The notes beneath the pieces are model-generated. The model was not told the origin of the DNA. It worked only from the letters and a program-made list of their open reading frames with translations, and did no database searches. The translations under genes were made by a program, and so were the position numbers. A DNA stretch of 32,448 nucleotides from an uncultured Methanosarcinales archaeon (GTDB lineage: Archaea; Nanobdellota; Nanobdellia; Woesearchaeales; GW2011-AR9), in contig CAZOPZ010000004.1 in assembly GCA_964582035.1 (NCBI GenBank), forward strand, positions 1-32,448, read 5' to 3'. Positions 16,398-25,805 of this stretch are shown here, piece after piece. Position 1 is the stretch's first letter; every line of letters begins with the position of its first letter.

Positions 16398-16766
16398 TTA
16401 CTTTTTCTCTTTCAAATATCCGACAATCCTCGTCGCCAATTCGCCCAGTTCGTCGTCGGTGACGACGCCTTCCTGAGTCATAGTTACCCCTGTAGTTCGG
16501 GTAAGGGCTAATGAAACATGGGGCACTACTGCTCCCACTCCCGATGGATCTGGGTCAGCATAGAGGTCTGCCCAGCCGATATTAGGGAACGTTGCTAATT
16601 CTCTCGCGAGCGCATCAATGCTGGGGCGTCTTGCTGTTGTACCTCGCTCTGCATTATCGCTTGCTTGATAGTCAGGGGATTCTGAAACTGCTTCATACTC
16701 CCAAGGACTCCACGACCCGTCTCTGCCCAAGCGCAGTTTTTTAACAATATAGTTTGAACGTGCCAT
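16398..16766 (-). CDS. Hypothetical protein (122 aa)
   Basis: ATG lies about 27 nt downstream of a minus-strand CTTTTTAAAG box. The gene is GC-richer than its neighbours. No family was recognised. Confidence 0.55.
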   Translation of the reverse strand: MARSNYIVKKLRLGRDGSWSPWEYEAVSESPDYQASDNAERGTTARRPSIDALARELATFPNIGWADLYADPDPSGVGAVVPHVSLALTRTTGVTMTQEGVVTDDELGELATRIVGYLKEKK

Positions 16767-16824
16767 TGCTCTTCAATTTAGGACCTTCTTTAAAAAGCTT
16801 CTTCCTTTTTTCCAGCATTCCTTT

Positions 16825-17099
16825 TAGGGGCACGCCCGCAGTCGAATCAGCCAAGCCTTGCTGGCTGCTCCTCACCGCTTCTCGAACCTGCACCCCCAGG
16901 AACATGAACCGTACACGTTAAGGCTGCTTCCTTCCGGATCTGACCTGATTCCCCGCACGACCATCCCCTGGGACAGATCGTCAGCAAAGACAGTAAGGAC
17001 CAGCAAAACAAAACTGACCCTTCCTTGGGCTTCGGCTCTGTGTGAAGCCCGTTCACAGTAACAGCGCAGGGCTAGCGCGCCAGCCTAGCTCTCCCTAGG
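16825..17099 (-). ncRNA. Signal recognition particle RNA (archaeal 7S type); ends accurate to about +/-10 nt
   Basis: The minus strand contains AGGUCAGAUCCGGAAGGAAGCAGCC (16923-16947), the universally conserved helix-8 SRP54-binding motif. There are Alu-domain-like hairpins at the 5' end (GCUAG/CUAGC, GGGCUUC/GAAGCCC). A TTTTAAA box lies about 27 nt upstream of the predicted 5' end. Confidence 0.85.
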
Positions 17100-17125
17100 T
17101 TTTAACAGGTTGAAAGGGAATGCTG

Positions 17126-17132
17126 TTTAAAA
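17126..17132 (-). promoter_or_regulatory. TATA box for SRP RNA
   Basis: The minus strand reads CCTTTTAAACAG, centred about 27-30 nt upstream of 17099. Confidence 0.55.
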
Positions 17133-17269
17133 GGTTTGCTTTTGTTTGTCTGTACTTAGCCAGTTCGAAGATAATTTTCTCTTTGTATTCCAGTTCCTGT
17201 GGGATTTTGTAAGTCATTGAATATCAAAATTTAAGCTAAAGATTTAAAAATAGAACGGTTTAAAAGATA

Positions 17270-18151
17270 ATGGAAAAGCTGGAGGCACTTCTCATGACAT
17301 CACACACAACAGACAACAACTCCCCACACGATATAAATTGGTTATATGCAGCAAAAAACTTTGTTCATTACATTACTCTAAAAAAACTTGAACAACCTAA
17401 AAGGGCAAAAGCAATAAGGGAATTATCTGAACTTCTAGAATCTACAGCAAAAGAAACTGCTTTAAGACTTTCAAGTTTAGGCGACTCTTTAGAGGATGAA
17501 GAAACTGATACTATGCCACCTGAAATAGATACTATTATTTCTGAAGCGTATGATAAAATTATGTCCGAGGCATCAAGAAAATATGATGAATATCAATCTA
17601 TGAAAGCTCTTACAAAAGATGAAGAAGCTGATTTTAATGAATTCATAAGAAAATTTGTAAAAGAAGATCTTTATGCGTGGATCTATGACGTTGGGGAAGA
17701 ATTGGTCGCAGAATCAAATCTTCAGTTACATGTTGCAGCGGATGAAGATAAACGAAAACATGCGGAATATTTAGCTTCTGCAGGGATAAATACTCCCGAA
17801 GGACAGGCTGCTTGGTACGTTGCACATTTTGCGGGCACATCACTCTCTAGACTTTTTCGCGGTTATACAGGTAGTGGTATAACGTTTACAAATGAAGTAA
17901 AAGCAACTAAAGATCAGTTTAATCTGTATTTACACATTGCCCTGGCGGAAGGGTTTGCATGCGCAAAGGAAACAGCTATTATTGCAGACCCAGATAATTC
18001 CAGAGAGGCTGTAAAACAATGGTTACGTTCGGAGATTGAATATAGATTATCAAAAGGACTTGAATTTAATCTACTTGAGAACGTAAGCATCAAACAAGAT
18101 CAAGATGGATCTATTCACTTAAGACCAGAAAGAAGACCAGATCCATATTAG
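17270..18151 (+). CDS. Hypothetical protein (293 aa) in an AT-rich islet
   Basis: ATG lies 24 nt downstream of ATTTAAAAAT. The ORF is long with no competing frames. No family was recognised. Confidence 0.65.
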   Translation: MEKLEALLMTSHTTDNNSPHDINWLYAAKNFVHYITLKKLEQPKRAKAIRELSELLESTAKETALRLSSLGDSLEDEETDTMPPEIDTIISEAYDKIMSEASRKYDEYQSMKALTKDEEADFNEFIRKFVKEDLYAWIYDVGEELVAESNLQLHVAADEDKRKHAEYLASAGINTPEGQAAWYVAHFAGTSLSRLFRGYTGSGITFTNEVKATKDQFNLYLHIALAEGFACAKETAIIADPDNSREAVKQWLRSEIEYRLSKGLEFNLLENVSIKQDQDGSIHLRPERRPDPY

Positions 18152-18298
18152 GATTCTAATTTCCGTCTCCTTCCTACATCCGTCCACTTTTATGGTCATA
18201 CGAGTGGAAGTTTGCCGAAAAAAGATGGTTTTGCAAAGTTCCTTTTTGTGTTTTCTTCCAGCGCCAGTTTTTTAAATACGAGGCATTTTTCTCATTTC

Positions 18299-19432
18299 AT
18301 GGACGTCGTTGACCTGACAAAAAAATTGATTGCCCTGCCGGCCATCTCTGGCAAGCTTCTCCATTGGAATGATAAAGAGGCTTTACATGCCCTTTTTGAA
18401 CAGGGCGGTTACGATGTGCAGCCTCTGGAAATAGCCGGCGATGCAGCCCATCATGATTCCTATCATTTTCTCGCCACGAAAGGCGATGCGCCAATACATC
18501 TTGCCTTCCTGAGCCATTATGACGTTCTTCCTGCCGGCGAAGGCTGGGTTTCCGATCCATATCTCCCACGGGAAGAAAACGGCAATCTCTTTGGCCGTGG
18601 TGTTGGCGTGAAAGCCGGATTGGCTGCCCAACTCTTGGCAGCAGATGAGCTGGCAGAAAAAGGCCTGCGCGTTTCTTTGTTTATTTCCGGAGATGCGCTC
18701 ACCACCTCTTTAGGCATGGCCGAACTGCTGCAAAAGAATGCTGTCTCCATTGACTATGCACTGGGTGGAGAACCGACCAGCCGGGAGAAAAGCGGCGATA
18801 CCATTATCGTCGGCAGGCGGGGCGTCATTCAGGGTGATATTACTCTCCTCGGCAAAGAGGGCCATGTCGCCTCTGCTCCAGGTGAAGACAATGTGAACCA
18901 TCAGCTTTGGAAAGTCTTGCGCATATTAAGCCCGACGTTTTACGGTGAAACGGAAGACTTTGCGGCTTCTGAATTTCACTTGACGGGCATCGCTTCTGGA
19001 GGAAAAGCCTATGATCGGGTTCCGGCATCTGCTACGGCTCGTTTTGATGTCCGCCTTTCTCCCTGCATGGCAAATACAGAATTTATCTCCTTACTGGAGA
19101 AAAAAGTACAGCATGCTACGAAGAACGGATTCCCCGCGCAGGTAACCTTCAAAAAAAATATTCCGTATTATCATACCACTGATCAGCCATACTGCACTCT
19201 TGTTGCTGAAGCGGTTACCGAAATCCTTGGCGAAGCGCCTGCGTTCAGTACTGCAGGCGATATGTCTGAAGCCCGTCATTTTGCAGCCCAGCATATTCCC
19301 GTAGTAGAGCTAGGGGTTCCCGCAAGAAATCTTTATGGTGCAGATGAGCATGTAGCCCTTGCTGAGATACGGCGGTTACAAGAATGCTATGTCCATATTG
19401 GCGAAAAATTGCTCGAAGGAAAACAGAAATAA
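18299..19432 (+). CDS. M20-family peptidase homologue (DapE/ArgE-like) with apparently degenerate metal and catalytic motifs
   Basis: LSHYDVLPAGEGW (HxD), GGEPTS and the C-terminal GADEHV are retained. The GRGxxDxKG motif reads GRGVGVKAG and the DEE motif reads SGDA. ATG 18299 lies 25 nt downstream of TTTTTTAAATAC. Confidence 0.8.
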   Translation: MDVVDLTKKLIALPAISGKLLHWNDKEALHALFEQGGYDVQPLEIAGDAAHHDSYHFLATKGDAPIHLAFLSHYDVLPAGEGWVSDPYLPREENGNLFGRGVGVKAGLAAQLLAADELAEKGLRVSLFISGDALTTSLGMAELLQKNAVSIDYALGGEPTSREKSGDTIIVGRRGVIQGDITLLGKEGHVASAPGEDNVNHQLWKVLRILSPTFYGETEDFAASEFHLTGIASGGKAYDRVPASATARFDVRLSPCMANTEFISLLEKKVQHATKNGFPAQVTFKKNIPYYHTTDQPYCTLVAEAVTEILGEAPAFSTAGDMSEARHFAAQHIPVVELGVPARNLYGADEHVALAEIRRLQECYVHIGEKLLEGKQK

Positions 19433-19444
19433 ATTCTTCAGCTT

Positions 19445-19614
19445 AGAGCCTATCTCACTAGGTAAAGCGGGAGGGCGTTTAGCAGCTTCGAACACATAGC
19501 TGCCGACATCGAGAGGGCTGCGTTCCCGTAGGGAGCAACCCCTCGCAACGCCCTCACTGTCAAAGTCGAAGGTGTTCGACCTTAGGCTGCTAAACGCCTA
19601 CTGAGATAGGCTCT
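19445..19614. other. Unassigned ~170-nt nested-hairpin (rod-like) element with 17/18-nt terminal inverted repeats; either a structured RNA or a MITE-like element
   Basis: Hand pairing: 19445-19457 with 19602-19614 (13 bp); 19474-19486 with 19586-19598 (13 bp); 19488-19495 with 19572-19579 (8 bp); CGAGAGGG with CCCCUCG; apical hairpin GUUCCC-GUA-GGGAGC (19522-19536). Confidence 0.45.
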
Positions 19615-19856
19615 TACTCTTTAAGAAACATTTTAGCCTTTTCCAATAGCGGCCAGACGGCATTAACTTCTTCTTTAGAAAGCCTTCCTAAGCGGGTAAA
19701 AGTAAACTCCCCGTCAGCGGTTTTATTCTGCCGGGTAATCTGGATTTTCGGCTGGCCTTTATTATAGGCATACACTGCAACGGACAGCTTGGATCTTTCC
19801 AACAGCACTTCCTGAGAAAATAATTCTTCATCAAGGCTTTTGTCAAATCGCGGCAT
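19614..19856 (-). CDS. Small protein, possibly PC4/YdbC-like ssDNA-binding fold
   Basis: The pattern KLSVAVYAYNKGQPKIQITRQ...GEFTFTRLGRLSKEE resembles YdbC/PC4-like proteins. An ATTTATATAA box lies about 27 nt upstream. The assignment is weak. Confidence 0.4.
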   Translation of the reverse strand: MPRFDKSLDEELFSQEVLLERSKLSVAVYAYNKGQPKIQITRQNKTADGEFTFTRLGRLSKEEVNAVWPLLEKAKMFLKE

Positions 19857-19918
19857 ATTCTCTTAATAATAACGTTAAATTATATAAATGTTATGAAGAA
19901 TGAGGCTTCTAAGGCTAT

Positions 19919-21967
<2,049 letters not shown>

Positions 21968-22133
21968 TTATCGTCGAGAAAAGATATTTTTCTTGAGAAT
22001 TTTTGGGATTATAAAGGTTTCGGTGAAGTTCTAGGATTACTAATATAAAGTAGCAAAAATAGTGGAAACGTTTATAAATAGCTCTTCTTTTGAAGGGGTA
22101 TCACTTTTAACGCTGATATCTGGAGGTTCAAAA

Positions 22134-22478
22134 ATGAAACAAAACAATAATAATTATCCGGCTCCGAGTGAGAATTATCTCCTTTTGCGAGAGCTATATA
22201 TCAATTTAGGTTCCCAGTATGTGAGAAACAGAGTTGACTTTCCCGACTCTTTCTTAGATGTGGGGGGCAAATTGCTGTCTCCTCCCCTTACCGTAGAAAC
22301 TCTTGATACTTTGCTCAGCTTGCTTGCTCAGGCAGAGAAAGAATTGGAAACGAAGATTGAGGATCGAAACGCCAAACAACGGGATGATGCTGATTTCGGT
22401 GATACTTCTGTTGTTGGGAGTGGTGATCCTATGGGGGACTATATGCAGAGTTTAGGTTCGGACGTAGCTGTGGCATAG
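22134..22478 (+). CDS. Hypothetical small protein (114 aa) with an acidic C-terminus
   Basis: A GGAGGT Shine-Dalgarno site sits 7 nt upstream of ATG 22134, and a TATA (GTTTATAAATAG) lies at about 22071-22082. The gene is AT-rich. The track start at 22062 is rejected because it lies in the promoter. Confidence 0.55.
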   Translation: MKQNNNNYPAPSENYLLLRELYINLGSQYVRNRVDFPDSFLDVGGKLLSPPLTVETLDTLLSLLAQAEKELETKIEDRNAKQRDDADFGDTSVVGSGDPMGDYMQSLGSDVAVA

Positions 22479-22492
22479 GGAGTTTTAGGAAA

Positions 22493-23377
22493 ATGACACT
22501 AACAAAGATAGTTCATCTAGACACTCTTAATCAGGAGAAGTTTAAACCGTTTGAATTTCTTTATCCCCCTGAAAATCTGTATATTTTTAACCCCCTGTTA
22601 CCATTGCCTCAAAAATCATTTTGGCCATCCGGTTACTTCGCAGAATCAACTTACAAATTCAAAACTTTCATTCAAGAATTCGGAGAAATACCAGTTGATG
22701 GACTCTCGAAATTCACTACCCCCCGAAAACATGCTCCTGAATACTTTGCAGAACAAGCCATGCGAATGACCAGAAAGCCAAATCCCGAATTAGCCGATGC
22801 TTTAGCTGAATTTCAAGATGGAAAGATTGATGGGCAATTTGGAATAGATCACTTAAGAAATTTCGTGAAGCAAGATGCTGCTCTCTCTGATGCAGAACTC
22901 CGCAGATATGCTTTGCAGTGTGACATGCCATTAGAGGGCGGCCATTATGGACTTCACTTTATAAACAGATATTTTGATGCCCCGTTTAACTTCTGCCTAA
23001 CGTATGATTGCCACATCATTGCTTGCGTTGGCTTTGAGGCCGTTGAAAAGCGGATGTTCATTCGGCAAATTCAGGGCGAATTTGGGAAAAAGAACCAGTT
23101 AAAAACCCTAAAGTGGGAACGAGCTCTCGTTCAGTATGCAGTAAAATGGGCTGAAAGACATTGGGTTCCTGAAGTGGCAATTCTTTCCGTCGATAATAAC
23201 AAATGGGCAGCTACATATAGCCTTAATCCAACACAAGGAAAAATGCTCTATGATGTCACAGCCCGAAGATGTGGGTTTAGCGAAAGAGATCCTGACGGAA
23301 ATTATGTGAGACGATTAAGAGTTCAAGAACCTACTGATGGAGGAGAAAGGGATTCAGCTAGCTCCATTGCGGCGTAG
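22493..23377 (+). CDS. Hypothetical protein (294 aa) whose C-terminal half resembles a GNAT acyltransferase fold
   Basis: HIIACVGFEAVEKRMFIRQIQGEFGKKNQLKTLKWERALVQYAVKWAERHWVPEVAIL has the beta4-(Q/R-x-x-G-x-G/A)-alpha3-beta5 appearance of GNATs, and ...YDVTARRCGF follows. The N-terminal ~150 aa is unrecognised. Confidence 0.4.
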   Translation: MTLTKIVHLDTLNQEKFKPFEFLYPPENLYIFNPLLPLPQKSFWPSGYFAESTYKFKTFIQEFGEIPVDGLSKFTTPRKHAPEYFAEQAMRMTRKPNPELADALAEFQDGKIDGQFGIDHLRNFVKQDAALSDAELRRYALQCDMPLEGGHYGLHFINRYFDAPFNFCLTYDCHIIACVGFEAVEKRMFIRQIQGEFGKKNQLKTLKWERALVQYAVKWAERHWVPEVAILSVDNNKWAATYSLNPTQGKMLYDVTARRCGFSERDPDGNYVRRLRVQEPTDGGERDSASSIAA

Positions 23378-23386
23378 GATTTTTTG

Positions 23387-23902
23387 TTATCTCACCAGAA
23401 TCTCTTTTGTCTGATCGAGAATCCTTTTTGCCAACTGCAATAATTCTTGATATTCTTTGTTTTCTAGCGATACTTTGGTACTGTATTGATACTCTTCTCT
23501 CAAGCTTATGGCAGTGTCTGGCGCTTCTCGTGCCTCCTTGAGATCCAATGTGCTTACTTTCTCAAGAGCATTCCGTTCTAGAGTAATTCTCTGGTCATCT
23601 ATTAAACTGGCAATAACGGCAAAAGTGCATTCCTGATTCCTGCTTTCGTACCCAAACATAGCCAAAATGGCCAGAAAGCAGTGGTATATCGTATAAAAGA
23701 GACTACTGGAGCACCAGTCGGTAAATCCTCCTTTTTGCAGATAGAGTGTTACTTTGAGATTATGTTCCGCTTTGGCTATATGTTCTTGGGCTCTCTCCGA
23801 ATCTGGCCTTACTTCAATAAGCCCACGGTGCTTTCTTCCCTCTTGCAATTCTTTCTTGGCTTTCTGCAAACACCAGCTGAGCTTATTCTTTGCGTGACTC
23901 AT
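23387..23902 (-). CDS. HEPN-domain protein (PF05168-like), partner of the upstream MNT
   Basis: All-helical protein. The pattern AQEHIAKAEHNL...FYTIYHCFLAILAMFGYESRN...SLREEYQY fits HEPN with an R-x4-Y type motif. ATG 23902 overlaps the MNT 3' end by 20 nt. Confidence 0.6.
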   Translation of the reverse strand: MSHAKNKLSWCLQKAKKELQEGRKHRGLIEVRPDSERAQEHIAKAEHNLKVTLYLQKGGFTDWCSSSLFYTIYHCFLAILAMFGYESRNQECTFAVIASLIDDQRITLERNALEKVSTLDLKEAREAPDTAISLREEYQYSTKVSLENKEYQELLQLAKRILDQTKEILVR

Positions 23903-24476
23903 TATAACTATCCAGGAACTTTTCTTCTCCTTTAACAATGATGCCTTTTATGGCGTTTAGGAGCGGTTTGTCTCTCTTTTTAATGTTTTTGATCATGTCT
24001 TCCTCTGTTTGATAGAGGGGATGGATTTTTTTAATATTGAGTTCGTTAAGTGCCTCTATCTCTTTTTGCAGTTGAGAAAATCTCTGTTTATCCGTTATCA
24101 GAAGAAGGTCAATATCGTTAGGATTTTGCTTCTTTAAAATTGAACCGAAAAGGACAATAATTTCTGCATTCTTAATTTTCTTCACTTCGGTAATCCACCT
24201 TTTAATCGGGGGGCTTGCAGAGTTTGCTTCCCGCGCTAAGATGAAAGAGATGTATTTACGGGCGTACAGTTCTTCACTAGCAATACGATAAGTAATGGCA
24301 TTGCCGATTCTTTTCGATTTGACAATCGCGTCTTGTTCGAGCTTTTTGAGTATTTTCAGGGTTCCCATCGGTGTAAGCCCTACAACTTTGGAAAGATTGT
24401 TTGCATTGTAGATTACTTCTGGGCTTTTAACTAAGAGAATTACAATGTACATTTCGGCTTTGGTGATCCCTTCCAT
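23883..24476 (-). CDS. wHTH-fused minimal nucleotidyltransferase (MNT)
   Basis: The N-terminal MarR-like wHTH reads LSKVVGLTPMGTLKILKKLEQDAIV, followed by LFGSILKKQNPNDIDLLLI (G-S...D-x-D). Confidence 0.75.
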   Translation of the reverse strand: MEGITKAEMYIVILLVKSPEVIYNANNLSKVVGLTPMGTLKILKKLEQDAIVKSKRIGNAITYRIASEELYARKYISFILAREANSASPPIKRWITEVKKIKNAEIIVLFGSILKKQNPNDIDLLLITDKQRFSQLQKEIEALNELNIKKIHPLYQTEEDMIKNIKKRDKPLLNAIKGIIVKGEEKFLDSYNESRKE

Positions 24477-24494
24477 ATAAACTCCCAGTTTAAC

Positions 24495-24518
24495 TATATA
24501 AACCTGTAGTATATAAAC
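24495..24518 (-). promoter_or_regulatory. Two direct copies of GTTTATATA (minus strand) upstream of the MNT-HEPN operon
   Basis: The plus strand reads TATATAAAC at 24495-24503 and 24510-24518. The proximal copy lies about 23 nt from ATG 24476. Confidence 0.5.
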
Positions 24519-24565
24519 TTTCCGCCCCTAATCCCCGGAATACTCCTCATTGCTTGGTGAGATAT

Positions 24566-25729
24566 TTACACCATCGAGGCTTTCGTGTTCCCCCCATAAA
24601 ACGCCATCTCTTCCGTCTTCTCGTCGACAAAGATGTGCGTTCGTTTCCGGAAGCGCTCTTTCACCTCTTGTTGATGTTCGGCCGTCTTCTTGCCGCTCAA
24701 CCCCACCTGCGGCGTTTTCGTGCAGTAGTCCAGAGCCGTGAAATCCTTGCCGCCGAGCGCCAGTTCCTGAAATCGCGGAAAGTCGATCCAGGTCTTCCAT
24801 ATGCCGTCGATCTTGAACCTCCTCTTGGCAAACATGACGACGCGCGAGGGCACATGGTCAGAGACGATCTCATATTCCGGCAGGTGCTTCGCCAGTTCCT
24901 GGGAAAATGCTACCACTTCCTCATGCAGGGGCATGTTCTCCATGCTGAGCCGCTGCTGCGACGGCCCGACGAACATATAGGCCTTGGCTTCGATGAAATC
25001 CGGGCTGCCCCGCCGGATAAGCTCCGCATATTTCTCCAGCAGCAGGTCGTTGATCCCTTTGATGATCGTCAAGCGCACACAGGTCCGCTGCTTTTTCTGT
25101 GCCAAGTAATCAAGAGATTGATTCAGCCGTTCCCAGTAATCCTTGAACAGCGGCAGATCGACATCTTTCAGCAGCTCTTTTGTCGGCGCATCCATGCTCA
25201 CGTACAGCTGGGTTATCGGATGTAAATCGCGGATCTGTTCCGGATATTGGGCATTCGTGACGAGAAAAGTGGAAATACCCTGCATATGAAATTGGTCAAT
25301 AAGCTCGTTTATGCGTGGATAGAAAATAGGCTCTCCGGTGAGCGAAAGCGCTACATGTTTCACCGTTCGCGAAAGCGCATACGCCCGCTTGCTGGCTTTT
25401 TCATTGCCTTTGAAGCCGATCAAGAGCTTATGATGAGCTTCCAGGCTTCCGGTGAGGATAGCGTCCGGCTCATCCACGCCCCATTTCCAGTCAGTGCTTA
25501 CGGGCGCTTTATACCCCCGCCAGCAGAAGGTGCAGCGATTTGCACAGCTGATTGACGTGGTCATCTGCATGCACTGGTTGCTCATGATGCCATAGAACTT
25601 CAGCTTATAGCAACCGCCTTCACCCTTGATCATGTTCTTGGTCCAGCCGCAGGTCTTGACGGCGGAATGGCTGCCGATGATGCGGTATTGCTGCTTTTCT
25701 AGTTCGGCACGGGCTTCAGGGGTTAACAT
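24566..25729 (-). CDS. taw1: tRNA 4-demethylwyosine synthase (radical SAM, Taw1/TYW1)
   Basis: The N-terminal Cys cluster VKTCGWTKN...GGCYK...NQC is followed by the radical-SAM motif CANRCTFCWR. The sequence is collinear with TYW1. Confidence 0.9.
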   Translation of the reverse strand: MLTPEARAELEKQQYRIIGSHSAVKTCGWTKNMIKGEGGCYKLKFYGIMSNQCMQMTTSISCANRCTFCWRGYKAPVSTDWKWGVDEPDAILTGSLEAHHKLLIGFKGNEKASKRAYALSRTVKHVALSLTGEPIFYPRINELIDQFHMQGISTFLVTNAQYPEQIRDLHPITQLYVSMDAPTKELLKDVDLPLFKDYWERLNQSLDYLAQKKQRTCVRLTIIKGINDLLLEKYAELIRRGSPDFIEAKAYMFVGPSQQRLSMENMPLHEEVVAFSQELAKHLPEYEIVSDHVPSRVVMFAKRRFKIDGIWKTWIDFPRFQELALGGKDFTALDYCTKTPQVGLSGKKTAEHQQEVKERFRKRTHIFVDEKTEEMAFYGGNTKASMV

Positions 25730-25805
25730 CCGAAAAGCTGAAAGAGCTTGGTTTAAAAAGGTTCTGACGTGAACATTTAAAAACCTCTCTCTGTTCCCTA
25801 TTTCT

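Noticed and set aside
16847-17061. ORFs 16847..17056 (-) and 16858..17061 (+)
   Set aside because: They lie entirely within the SRP RNA gene, which contains the conserved GGUCAGAUCCGGAAGGAAGCAGCC motif. They have odd composition and no promoter or Shine-Dalgarno site.
19445-19614. Known RNA classes for the rod-like element: twister or hammerhead ribozyme, 5S rRNA, RNase P RNA, retron msr/msd
   Set aside because: Some local resemblance to twister (UAAAGCGGGAGGGCG and CGCCUAC) was noted, but the required P2/T1/P4 elements are missing. There is no CUGAUGA/GAAA hammerhead core, no 5S loop motifs, no GGAAAGUCC (CR-I) and no adjacent reverse transcriptase. Only a covariance-model search can settle this.
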